Positions 12,301 to 23,934 of a stretch of DNA of 64,000 nt are shown piece by piece. Made by a program: the position numbers and the translations under genes. The stretch is from Antechinus flavipes (taxonomy: Eukaryota): positions 658,068,001-658,132,000 of the forward strand of contig NC_067398.1 in assembly GCF_016432865.1 (NCBI RefSeq), given 5' to 3'. Position 1 is the first letter of the stretch; each line of letters opens with the position of its first letter. Under the pieces are notes generated by a model. That model was not told the origin of the DNA. It did no database searches and was given only the letters and a program-made list of their open reading frames with translations.

Positions 12301-14376
12301 CCGAGGAGGAGGAGAAGGAGGAAGAAGATAAGAAGGTCCCCAACCCGCAGGAGAAGAAGAGGAGGAAAGGTGAGCTTGATGGCCGGAGGAGGAGCCGGCC
12401 CGGCGTTCGAGGCCTTCACGCTGCCTCTGCGCAGCCGGGTCCCCAGGGTCCCCAGATGCCCTCTTGGCTGACGGTTCCCTGGCCCTCCCTTCAGGCGCCC
12501 CCACTCCCCGCTCCTCTTGTGCTTAGTGCTAATCCTCTCCCTGGCCCCTAAGCTGCTGGGGGAAATGCACCAGGAAGCCCCAGAAGCCCCCAGGACTCCC
12601 CAAAAGCTCTCCTTACCCCCAAAACCTCTCGGACTCCCCCAATTTCCCTGCCTCCCCCAGCTCCCCTCCTTGGAGCCCCAGGTCCCCTCCTTGGAGCCCC
12701 AGCTCCCCTCCCTGCCTCCTCTGGCCTGGCCCAGCTTTCCCTGCCAGGGCAGCCCACAGTTAAGGCCGCTTCTTGGGCTGGGTTCTGTACCTGCCAGTAC
12801 CCGCCACCAGGCCAGCTCCCTGAGGGCAGAGTCCGGGCGAGATGCCCCTTTGCCCGCCCCGGGACTCTGGGGGGCGGGCCGGGGCTCAGGCTCCCTTTTG
12901 CCCCTCAGGAGACAGCAGCGAGGAGTCGGACACCTCCGAGGAGAGCGACATCGACAACGAGGCGTCCTCGGCCCTCTTCATGACCGTGAGTATGGCCCGG
13001 GGGGAGCCCCGGCGGGCTCGTCTTTGCCTTTCCCCGGCTCAGTCTCCCTTACCCCTTTCTGCAGAAGAAGAAGACTCCCCCCAAGAGGGAGCGGAAGGCC
13101 TCGGGCAGCAGCTCCAGGGGCAACAGCCGCCCGAGCACTCCCAGCGTGGACAGCGGCAGCACGTCCTCCACCCTGCGGGCAGCCGCCAGCAAGCTGGAGC
13201 AAGGTGAGGCGGGCCCCGGCCTCCCCCGCTCCCCCATGAGCCCGTGTCCCCCAGGGGCCAGGAGCGGGCCCCCGTCTCTCCCTCCCCTTTTCGGGCACTT
13301 TCCCAGCTTCTCTTTGGGAGGTTCTGTTGGCCCCTCTGAGGCCAGACAAGCTCATTTTGGGGGTACAGGGGCAGGGGCCCAGACCTGGGAGGGGAGAGCG
13401 CCCCCCTCTGCCACTGCAGTGTGTTGTTGAGTCCTGGGACCCACTTTGTGCGCACAGTGACAAGGGGGACGGCCCCGAGGAAGGTGGCCGGGATGGCATG
13501 GGCCTTGGAAGCAAAGTCCAGGGAGGCCAGGCCCGCGCTTGAGCCCCCGTCCTCTGGCTCAGAGAGAGGGGCCAGGGAGGCCTTTGGAGGCTCCTGAAGG
13601 AGGGGCTCCTGCTCAGGTGTAGAGAAGCCTGAGCTCTGAGAGACCCCTCCAGCTCTGACCTGGGGTTTGACGTTTCCATGCAGGGAAGCGGCAGACGGGA
13701 CCCAGTGATACGCCCGCCGCCAAGCGCCTGAGGCTGGATGCCGGGCCCCAGAGCATCTCGGGGAAATCCACGCCCCAGCCTCAGTCCGGCAAGTCCACGC
13801 CCAGCAGTGGGTGAGTAAGGGGCCATTTGGGGGAGGTTGGGGGAACTGGGCAGCAGCAGGTGAGTAAGGGGCCATTTGGGGGAGGTTGGGGGAGCTGGGC
13901 AGCAGTGGGTGAGTAAGGGGCCATTTGGGGGGGTTGGGGGAGCTGGGCAGCAGTGGGTGAGTAAGGGGCCATTTGGGGGAGGTTGGGGGAGCTGGGCAGC
14001 AGTGGGTGAATAAGGGGCCATTTGGGGGGTTTGGGGCCGGGCTGGGCAGCAGCGGGCAAGGGGCCACTTCTAGGACCTGGAGCTGGCCTGGACAGTAATG
14101 AGTAAGGGGCCGTTTCTGGGATCTGGGCAACAGAACCTCCGCCCCCTGACCCCCGGCCTTTCTCCCTCCAGTGATGTGCAGGTGACAGAGGACGCGGTCA
14201 GGCGCTACCTGACCCGAAAGCCCATGACCACCAAGGACCTGCTGAAGAAGTTCCAGACCAAGAAGACGGGGCTCAGCAGCGACCAGACAGTCAACGTGCT
14301 GGCCCAGATCTTGAAGCGCCTCAACCCGGAGCGCAAGATGATCAATGACAAGATGCACTTCTCCCTCAAGGAGTGA
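8716..14376 (+). CDS. GTF2F1: General transcription factor IIF subunit 1 (RAP74), upstream copy 1, intact, 522 aa
   Basis: 13 GT-AG exons: 8716-8727, 9266-9312, 9423-9495, 9970-10163, 10434-10604, 11160-11347, 11433-11583, 11678-11742, 12250-12369, 12909-12985, 13065-13203, 13684-13810, 14172-14376. Total 1569 nt with consistent phases. Reads MTTLGTSSQTVTEYVVRVPKNNLKRYNIMAFNAADKVNF...FQCPDGAFEAFPVHNWYNFTP...DVQVTEDAVRRYLTRKPMTTKDLLKKF...KMHFSLKE*. AATAAA at 14402-14407. Confidence 0.96.
12655..12711 (+). repeat. 21-bp tandem repeat in GTF2F1 copy 1 intron 9
   Basis: CCCCAG(C/G)TCCCCTCCTTGGAG repeated about 2.7 times. Copy 2 has only one unit. Confidence 0.85.
13802..14046 (+). repeat. ~49-bp G-rich minisatellite spanning the exon 12 donor, 5 units (copy 1)
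   Basis: Unit CAGCAGTGG|GTGAGTAAGGGGCCATTTGGGGGAGGTTGGGGGAGCTGGG starts at 13802, 13851, 13900, 13948 and 13997. Degenerate units follow. Confidence 0.95.
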
Positions 14377-15381
14377 GCGGCCGCCGGGACACAGCAGGGC
14401 CAATAAAAGCTGCTTGGCCTTTTTCTCGGGCTCTGTGTGACTTTGTGGGGGGGAGGATTGTGGGTTTGGGAGCCGGTGTCCCGAGAGAACGTCGGGGGCA
14501 GCTCCCCGACTACAGGTGGGGAAACTGAGGCCCAGAGAAGCAAAGGGACTGGTCCGGGCTGTTAGGCCCTGCCCCCCTTCCTCATCCCCGCAGGACTGCC
14601 TTCCACCAAGGGATTTGGTCTGGAATCCAGGTGTGGAAACTTCCCTTCCTGCAGCGTCCCCTCCCCACGCCGCACTTGGCGGCTGCCGGGAATGTCTGGC
14701 ACGTCAGGCTAATTCTTGGGAAATGTCTGGCGTTCCCAGGAGGAGACTCCTGTTCCCCATCTCCTCACCCCCACCTTGGAGGGGAACATCCAAGAGGAAA
14801 CAGCTCATCTGCACCCCCGGCTCGCTTCTCGCCCTCCCCCCCTCCTAAACACAGGCCCGGCTTTCAGGGACTGGGGTCTGACAGCTTGGTTCTCTGCCTA
14901 GCAACAGGGGCTGAAGGGGATCCCCAGCCTCACTCTGCCCTCTCCCCCGGACCGTTGTGGAAGAACACCAAGTTCCCTGGCCTAATAATCTGTGGCTCAG
15001 TGAAGGGAAAATGTGGCCTCTGGTGGGGTGTTTCCTGTTTTGATGTTGGAGCAGGCAGGCCGGAGACAGGGGCATGATGCCTTAATCCCTCCTGCTCAAG
15101 TTGGAGCCCGGAACCTAGGAAGGGCGGAGGAGGGATTGCCCAGCATCTGTTGCACGTGTGCTCTTTCTCCCCGCTTACCCCTGCCCCCCACTTTCCCCAG
15201 GGATTTGCTTTGAATAATCTGTCCCATGGAGAAAACTTCTTCCCCTCTTTCTCTCCCAGCCATTACTGGTGCTCTGGGAGTGCATAAATGACGGTTAAGT
15301 TGACGGTGGTGATTGGGGGAAAAGCATGGCTAGAATCTCCCAACCTGTCATCTCTTGCCCTATTTTCAGGAAGGAGGGGAT

Positions 15382-15625
15382 GGCCAGGCAAGGGCCTCTG
15401 TTCTGGGTCAGCCATCCAGCAGTGACCAGCCTGTCGAAACAGATAAAAGATGTAAAGGATGGAGCCCCCATCCTCTAGTTTTCATGCGATCTACAGGTTA
15501 TTATGGACACGCCTTCTGCTCACCCTCCCTCTGATCCTGTCTGGGTCTTAGGTAGCTGCTTTCTCTCCGTAAAACTCTGGGTCCACATCTGGGAAACTGC
15601 CTTTAGCTCCTGGAATTCTAGAGCA
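15382..15625 (+). pseudogene. PSPN: Decayed PSPN 5' flank and exon 1 relic downstream of GTF2F1 copy 1
   Basis: Colinear blocks shared with true PSPN. GGCCAGGCAAGGGCCTCTGTTCTGGGTCAGCCATCCAGCAGTGACCAGC (15382-15430) matches GGCAAGGCAAGAGTTAATGTTCTGGGCCGCCCACCCAGCTCTGACTAGC (53438-53486). ATG 15503 corresponds to 53568. CCACATCTGGGAAACTG (15583-15599) matches CCACATCTGGGGAACTG (53674-53690). The frame reads MDTPSAHPSL*. No exon 2 relic was found. Confidence 0.8.
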
Positions 15626-18519
15626 CCATCTCCAACCCAAAGGAACGAGAAGCTGTGCTTTTAAACATTCCTCAGCTGCAGTCCAGAATTGTCACTGGAC
15701 ACATGGGTTTTCCCTCGTTGCCCTTGTTATGTACACTTGTACCCAGGGCTACTCATAGGAGGCTTTGAGTTCTTTAAGGAAGAATCTTACTACCTGTCAC
15801 CTACCAGAAAGAGCTGCTCCTCTTTGGGCGTCTCCACTCTCCTGCAGGGCTGTTTGGCTGCTACTCATAAGCAACTGAAACAGTGTGAAATTCTCTTAAT
15901 GAAAGCAGAAAGCCTCAAGTGCACTTTATTGCTAGACACTGTCAGCTCCTTCAACAAAAGCAGTTCCCTTAAACGTAGTTTAAACAGCCATTCACATCAG
16001 TGCTCTCCCCTTGGCTCAGAGGGGTTTCCCAGATCTGAAGCTGCCTGCAAATTGCAGTAAAAAGTCAACGCTTGTTTAAGCCTTTCCTTGTTCTACTAGC
16101 CTTTCAAAGTGAAAGAAGGGTCCTCTCTTCTCTAATCAGCTTTCAAAAAGCAGAGCCTCCAATCAGCTCAGCTCCCAGCAGCAAGGTAGACCATCCAGGT
16201 GAGAGCCACTCAATGATAAGGAGATGCTCCTAAATGAAACTAGACCCCCTCCTCCTTTCTGTTCTTCCCCCTTCCCTCTCCATTCTCCTCTCCTCTTCTG
16301 TGACCCCGCTTTCCTCAAAGCAGGATTTCTTGGTGTGATGTGACCCCTCTACCATAAATGTGCATAAAATGCACATTTCTGTCCGACTTGCCAGAGACCC
16401 AAAGTTACTAAATGGTCCTAATTATTAGGGTATCCAAGGTGAATTGCTAGGGAACAACACTTGGACTATCTTTATCTTCAGTAATTCCCTTTTCCATGAG
16501 TGGATGCTTTCTCTCAGATCTCAAGCTTGCCTGTGTTTCTGTTTCAGTACTGAGAGGCTGCTTTTCTCAGTGTTTCTCCTACAAATGTCCTTTTTTTCCG
16601 CATCCCTTTCAGGAAATAATGTCCAAATAAGAAAGGCACCACCTTATAGTATGGTACAGGAGTTAGGATGGGGAACATTTAGGATACAAATACTCACCCA
16701 ATAAATATGTATTTAATACAAGTTTTCCATCATTTTAGACCTTTTGTGCTTTTTTCATCACCTGGCATTCATGGACACTAATTCCCCCAAAGACACTGAA
16801 TTCTTAGTCATTCTCCTTATACCTCCTCCCATAAATCCTGGTTTTTAGGAGTGAGTCTGCTTCCTGCTGCTGTTCCACATGTTCCCTCTGCTTTTTATCA
16901 GTCAGGATCTTCTTTGGTGGATCCAGATCTTATCACTAAATCTATAGCTGGATCTACTGGCCTCCTAGGAAGTCATCCTAGTTTAGTACCTGTCTCAACT
17001 CCTGTCCTTATACTAAGGGAACTTCAGCATTCAAGTTGATAATCCATCAAAAAACCTAATTTCCCAGTTCTTGCATCCACTCATTTCCCATGACCCACTC
17101 CTTCAATCTGCCTCAGCTAGGTAGAGGGATGGTGAGACCTTTATTTTCACTAACTTTTACCTGAAATGTAGCATTTCCTTCAGTTATTTAAAAACATTAC
17201 TCTGGAAAAAAAAGAAGCTGTAGGCTTTGCCAGACTGCCAAAGAAACCCATAACAACACACATGCTATTGAAGACAAAACATTTGGCCACTGAAACTTAG
17301 ATTCAGCACAAATTTAAACTGTTTTATTTTTTAATTTGATATTATCTTTCTGTAGGTTTAGATCACATAGGCAGTGAAAATGTTGGATCTTCAATACCTT
17401 TATAGACCTTTCAAAATTCCCAAGATTAGAAATTAAACTTCTCTTACCAGATACCATGAGCAGAGTCACAGAAATCCCACAAAAGCAAATGAAACAAAGG
17501 AACCATAGTTAGAAATTGATAAATCATTTTGAATGTCTCCACAGCCAATCAAAATTAGGTCTGAGACTGCCCCCTTAGAGATACTTCCTCTTCTCTAGTG
17601 TTCCCAGCTGAGGAAGCAGGTGCTGATGAATTCCCATCCACCCCCACCCATATTTAATCAAGAAATCCCTTTCTGTTTATTGTAGTCAGAAACTTACTGT
17701 CTGCTGGGGTTGCCATGTCTGTACTAGGCAGCTCCTACCCTTATTCACTCTTCTTTTAACTCTCCCTCTTATGTGTGTAAGTCTTCTTTAATGTTTTAAG
17801 TTATTTTAGTGGACTAGCCTTGCTTATCTGATTATTCCAAGAGCATTGGAGATGGAAGAAAAAAGTGATCTTAAAAATATATATATATTTCATTATATAC
17901 AATTAATAAAATACATAATATTTTATTAATTGTATATAATATATTATGTTAATATATAATATTTATTATTCTATTTTATTATATATAAGAATCTTCTTTG
18001 GTGGATTCAGATCTTATCACTAAATTTATAGATGATACATAATATATATTTTATATAATTATATTATAAAAATATATTACAAATACATATTTATTATGTT
18101 ATATATATGTTATTTCAGTAAATTTTATTATAAATATATATTTATTAGTTATATATGTTATTTTAGTGGACTAGCTTCCTTATGTGATTATTCCAAGAGC
18201 ATTGGAGATGAGAGAAAAACTGATCTTAATATATATATATAAAAATAAACATTGAGCATTCAGCATTCAGCTAAATGTAGAGACTGATCTTGGGCTGTCA
18301 TCAACACAGCAGTCAAACAATGGGCTCTGCCTGGAAACTCACCAACTTTGTAGGACTGGCTTTGACTTCATTTTACACTGGCCCAAGGTTATAAGAGGAA
18401 AAAATAAAGACCAAAATAGATGATTTATAATCTATTACACGAAACCATAAATTCTCTCTAGACCTTATTCCTTATTTAGAAACAATAAATATTCTTTAGA
18501 CTTATTATTCCTTTATGAG

Positions 18520-18820
18520 CCAGACAGAGGAAGAAAAAGAGGGAAGAAAGGGAAAGAAATTAAAAAAAAATAGAGAGAGAGAGAAGGAGGGAGAGATAAA
18601 CAGAAGGGAAGAAAGGAAGAAGAGAGAGAAAGGAGAAAGGGAGAAAAAGAAAAGGAGAGGTGAAAGAGAGGGAAGAAAGGAAAAAAAGAGAAGGAAAGAA
18701 GGAGAGGGAGAAAAAAGAGAAGAGAGAAAAGGAGATGGAAAAGGAAAAGAGGAAGGAGAGAGGGAAGGTAGAAAGTAGGATGGAGGAAAGACAGAGCGAA
18801 GAAGGGAAGGGAAGGAGAGG
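18520..18820. repeat. Polypurine low-complexity tract (similar tracts at 31630-31990 and 33590-33790)
   Basis: GA/GGAA/GAGA runs. These explain the K/E/R-rich and S/L/F-rich spurious ORFs. Confidence 0.95.
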
Positions 18821-21800
18821 TATTACACATTGTGGACTCTCTTGAGCTCTTCTACCTTCGGCTTTTGACTGTGTCACAAGTAGGCTTCACCCCTCCTCCG
18901 TCTATTTCTCTAACAATATGTGCAAAATACTACATGATATGCCACCAGAGGACAGTTCTGGATGGAGGTCTTTAGCATCTGAGGAGATAAGAGACTTTGT
19001 GTGTGGAAGGCGATACTTCAGCAGAGACTTAAAAAAAGTGAGGGATTCTCACAACTGAGGAGAGAGGGAGTTCTAGGTATGGGATCAGCCAAAATAAAAG
19101 CACAGAGATGAGAGATAATGTACTATCTTTCCAAACATCCCTCTGGGTAAGTTGCCCTCTCATAAGGGTCTCTAGGGCACTTTTCCCTTCAGATCATCTT
19201 TCTTGGTTAAATTTACTAATTTTGCTCACTGGGGAGTTAAAGTTGATGTGTAGACTAATTAATACTTCTTTAGCTGAATCAAGTTCTAAAAAGGCTGGCT
19301 CTAGTCCTTTTTATCGCATATCTTGCTATGACCTAGATTCTGCAGTTCCGAACAAATTCGGGGCCTTCCCTTTTCAGTTTTCTTTGCCTATAGTGGCCAT
19401 CATGGCAAACTTCCCTTAAGTTGGGGAGATGTTTATAGAGCGGATCTTCTCAGAATCCCCACTGGTATGACACCTGGACATTCTTTGGTATTTTAAATTT
19501 CTTCTTCGAGAACACTGAAGAGCTATTCTGTTGCAAACTTATTTTAAGGAATTTAATATTTGCAGAGAAGAACTAAAATGTCCTTCTTGCACCTGGGGAT
19601 TTTGATTCCATTCTCAGGATTGTTATATGACTCATGAATAAGTTACCTGACACTTTTTGTTTCTAAATTAATACCATTTATCTGAAAAAATCAGATAGGC
19701 AGAGTGACGTGGGCTTTATGGACTAGTATCCATTTGCACATGTTTAGCAGAAGGCATTTCACTGTAAAATCCTAGATTTTAGATGTCAGTTATGTTTTTT
19801 GCTTCGAAATTTTACACAAGGCATGAAAAATGACATAAGTATATTAGAAAATGTCACAAACAGAAGCTTTTAAATGTATAGGATTCTAGATAACATTTGG
19901 TGCTATTAAAGAATACAAGCAACATTACCAGGGAACTGTGACAGCCTCCATTTTTAAAATCAACCTTTGGAGTCAGTGATTCCCAAATACTGGCACTTTT
20001 TGAAGAGTCTTGCCCTATTTCAAGTTTTATTTGTCTCTAGACTGATCTTCTGCCTTCCTCATGCCTCTTTGAGAGAGCTTTCAGATAATAATGAACCATT
20101 TTTTTTTTTTTTAACAGTAAAGACATTAGAGAGAAGTCTCAGAGAATTCCCTTTTGGGGTGACCCAGGCCAAGAGAGATTATTATGAACTCCTCTCCAAT
20201 AATGATCTTGGCCTTCTTCAATGTACAATGCAGATAATAATCGCACCTACCTCTTCTGGCATTCCAAGGGCAAGCAATGTGTGCAGAAAACAGAAAAACA
20301 ATAAACATTGTGTTCTACTTGGAGGCTAATTCAGTGAACACCACAGTAGGCCCCAAACTCACAAACTCAGCTACATATGTTCATTTTGAAAGTAAATTTG
20401 TAACCTTGCTTCGAGCAGTTTATATCTCCAACTCCTACGGTTTTCCATATTCTTGAGGGTTTGGAATAAACAAGGAAAGCACAGTGAGCGTTTGGTCATT
20501 GGGGTTCTTGGTACTTGAAGAGCCCCAAAATGAAGAGTCCATGATTTGGGGCTTAATGTCCAGTGTGTCCAAGTGTGGCTGATCCAGAAGCCTGAACAAG
20601 AGATCAGGCACAAATAATGTGTAAAAACAATTAGGATGGAGATGTCTATTAATTTGTGATTGTACCAAAAAAAAGAGAATTCAAATTGCTTCAATAATGT
20701 CATTTTATAATGACCTCTTGGAGTTTTAATTTAGAAATAATGCTGGTCACCTTAGCCCCCATTTTCTGAAAGCCAGGTATGTCATAGTTCATCCTTCCAC
20801 AGGGTTCTTTGGTACCCTAAAAACAATCATGAGCATCTAGGCTCTCTACTAATGATGTTCCTGATTGTAGGGGAGTAGGTGGCTTACATCCCAATTCTAT
20901 TTAGTCACTAACAATCAGAAATCTTTACATTCATGAGTTTTAGATGTCCGCCTATTCTGATTAAGGAGGCTACTTCCACTCACATAGCAGGAAATACAGG
21001 GCACAGGATTCAGATTTAGACATGCTCAGTCTTTACACCTTTACATGTATTTAAAATTTCAAAGAACAAAATAGTGTGACTATCAGTAAGTGTTTTTACT
21101 TGGTAAGTGCAAATTTTTTTTCCAAAATGAAGTGTTTTTATTGAATTTGAAAAAATGTTTAAAGTCAAAATCTTCTTTTTTGTCAATTGTTTTAAAATTA
21201 AAGAACAAATCAAGAAAATGTTACATTAGTGAGTTATGAGAGTATAGAAGTGCTGAACCCTCAGAATATGTTGGGTTCCAGGGCTCTTCCCATATAAGCA
21301 ACCAAATGTTGGAATGTGAGATTGAACCCCCAAAATATATTGGGGTTTATGGTCAGTATCATGAAGTGTCTTAAAAGAATTTGTAGGCTTAGATCATTTC
21401 CAAATCAAGAGGCAAAAATTTTATTATGCTTCTGTTCCAAAAGGGAGTTTTAATCATTAGACATGGGGCTAAGTTCTTAATGAACTAGCTATAACAGGGG
21501 GAAAACCACCATAAGGCAGGCAAAATCCCTAGAGAACTTGCTGCCATAGGGTAGGTGTTTCCTAAAGAAGTAATTAAATAAGTAGGGTACCAGTATGTTT
21601 TTTTTAATAAGAGAAAACTAATCTCTAGGGTTGATCTCTATAGCTTAGTCTTCTCCTTGGATTCACTAACTGCAGGATCATGATAATTTTGTCAATGAAA
21701 TAACAAAAGGATAATAAAAGGCCCACTTAAGAGTAAAAGGACTGTTGGTTCTCTTCCCTGCTTCCCTTAGGGCGTAGCATGGCTTCCCATTTATTTATAG

Positions 21801-22039
21801 TAATTTAGACCTTCCCCAGTTAATCCCCTTCCTTAGATCTACTTGGCTACCAAGGACCTAAGATCCCATCAACATCAGTGATACTGTTTAATAGTCGCCT
21901 AGATTGTACCATTTGTAGATATTTTGGTCTTATTAGAATTCACTTCTGAAATGGGATTTTTATGAATCTTGACCAAATTTATTCTCATATTTAAGATTTT
22001 ATTTTTAAATAATTAGTTAAAAGTATTCTCTACAAGCCA

Positions 22040-22980
22040 TTCTCCAATTGATAGTCAAAGGTTATGAATAGACAATTTTCAGATGAAAAAATTAAAACCA
22101 TTTCTAGTTATATGAAAAAATGTTCTAAGTCATTATTGATCAGAGAAATGCAAATTAAGACAATTCTGAGGTATCACTACACACCTCTCAGATTGGCTAA
22201 GATGACAGGAAAAAGTAATGATGAATGTTGGAGAGGATGCGGGAAAACTGGGACACTGATACATTGTTGGTGGAGTTGTGAATGGATTCAGCCATTCTGG
22301 AGAGAAATTTGGAATTATGCCTAAAGGGTTACCAAACTCTGCATACCCTTTGATCCAGCAGTGTCTCTACTAGGTCTATCCCATCATAAAAAGAGAAAAG
22401 AACTCACATGTGCAAAAATATTTGTAGCAGCTCTTTTTGTAGTGGTAAGGAACTAGAAACTGAATGGATGCTCATCATGGAGAATGGCTGAATAAATTAT
22501 GGCATTTGAATGCATATTATTCTATAAGAAATGATCAGCAGAATGATTTCAGAGAACGAAGTGAGTAGAACCAAAAGAACGTTGTACACAGCAACAAGAT
22601 GATGTGATGGTCACATCACAGTCTATCAGATGACCATCACAGATGACCATAATCTGTGATAGACTTGGTTCTTTTCAACAGTGAGGTGATGGAGAGAACC
22701 ACCTGTATCCAGAGAGAAGACCATGGGTCTTAAATGTGGATCACAACATAATATATTCACCTTTTTTGTTGTTTGCTTGATTTTTATTTTCTTTCTCATT
22801 TTTTCCCTTTTTGATCTGATTTTTCTTGTGTAGCATGGTAATTATGTAAATGTGTAGAATTACATGCATTTAATCCCCTAGGAGAGGGGAAAGGAAGGAA
22901 GAAAAATATGGCACACAAGATTTTGCAAGGGTGAATGTTAAAAGCTATCTTTGCATATATTTTGAAAATAAAAAGATTTT
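22040..22980 (+). mobile_element. L1 ORF2 C-terminus plus 3' UTR
   Basis: ORF 22064-22324 MNRQFSDEKIKTISSYMKKCSKSLLIREMQIKTILRYHYTPLRLAKM..CWRGCGKTGTLIHCWW. A-rich tail near 22975. Confidence 0.92.
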
Positions 22981-23934
22981 TATTTAAAAAATTTTAAAAA
23001 TTCTCTGATTAACTACAAATAAAAATAGCCAAATCTAACTATGCTGTCTACTAAACATAAATATGAAAACATCAATTCGAATCACTTCTTTGGTAGATTT
23101 TCAGGTGTTAAAGCTCAAAAACAAACTATAATATTCTAGGGCAGCTATGTTGCACAGTGGATAGAATGCCAGTCTTAGAATCAGGAAGACTTTTCTTCCC
23201 GAATTCAAATTTGGTTTCAGACACTTAATGTGATCCCGGGCAAATTATTTCATCTCATTTGTCTCTATTTTCTCATCTGTAAAAGGAGCTGAAGAATGAA
23301 ATGATAAACCACTTCAGTATCTTTACCAGGAAAACCCCAAATGGAGTCACAAAGAGTGACTAAAAAGGTTGAAAAAAATATTATTACTGTGATATAGCAG
23401 TATAGAGGTACAAGGTTCTACCACCATCCCTGCCTTCCCCCGCCATTTTTAAACTACATTAACATAGTGATATCAATTCATTATTTTCCTCTTTTATTAT
23501 TGATGTTATTACTATGACTTTTAAAAACTGATCAATGTAAAAGCAACTGTTTTAAAATTATATTTCCCCCAAGTACATGTTAAAATAATTTTTAACTTAA
23601 AGAAAAGAATCATTGAAAAAATTTATACTTTTACTGGCAAAATCATGTAAACAAAGTTTCACTTCCTGAATTTCTTTTCTTGCCATTATTATTTTTTGTT
23701 TCATTTTGTTTAATTATGATTTTTAAAAATTGTCATTTTGTACCTCACAAGGTTGTGAGAATTAAATGAAATAATATATGTAAAACATCTGCTAATTTTA
23801 AAGCACTATATTAGTAGTAATAGTAATGATAATATTAGAAATCTTAGCACTTTCAATGCAAAAATGTGCTACACATAGAACTCTAATACTCTTTGGGTAG
23901 TTCTTTGACTCATATAGTATGAGGAGGATATAGG

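Larger units (their letters stand above)
9813..15160 (+). repeat. Near-identical segmental repeat, copy A (GTF2F1 intron 3 to 3' flank)
   Basis: Matches 47965-53089 almost base for base. Starts at GAAGAAGGCAGGGCTGGATCAGAGCC and ends at CAGCATCTGTTGCAC(G/A)TGTG. Differences are scattered SNPs and a few indels or VNTRs. Confidence 0.95.

Noticed and set aside
13802-14046. CRISPR-like array
   Set aside because: The units are contiguous with no unique spacers and sit in a vertebrate intron, so this is a minisatellite.
12978-14403. Long minus-strand ORFs (454 aa, 347 aa, and equivalents at 51083-52334)
   Set aside because: These are antisense shadows of GC-rich GTF2F1 exons and the minisatellite. 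They run through introns and are broken differently in the two copies.
9813-15160. Duplication as a simple uncollapsed haplotype
   Set aside because: Each copy has its own diverged promoter, exons 1-3 and 3' flank, including the PSPN relic. Allelic sequence would be near-identical throughout. A local consensus error inside the tract still needs read-level exclusion.
15689-16060. 123-aa ORF as PSPN exon 2 relic or a new gene
   Set aside because: It has no cystine-knot pattern or visible similarity to 54088-54428, and no recognisable domain.
18513-18877. K/E/R-rich and S/L/F-rich ORFs (also 31573-32128 and 33516-33916)
   Set aside because: They are products of polypurine low-complexity tracts.
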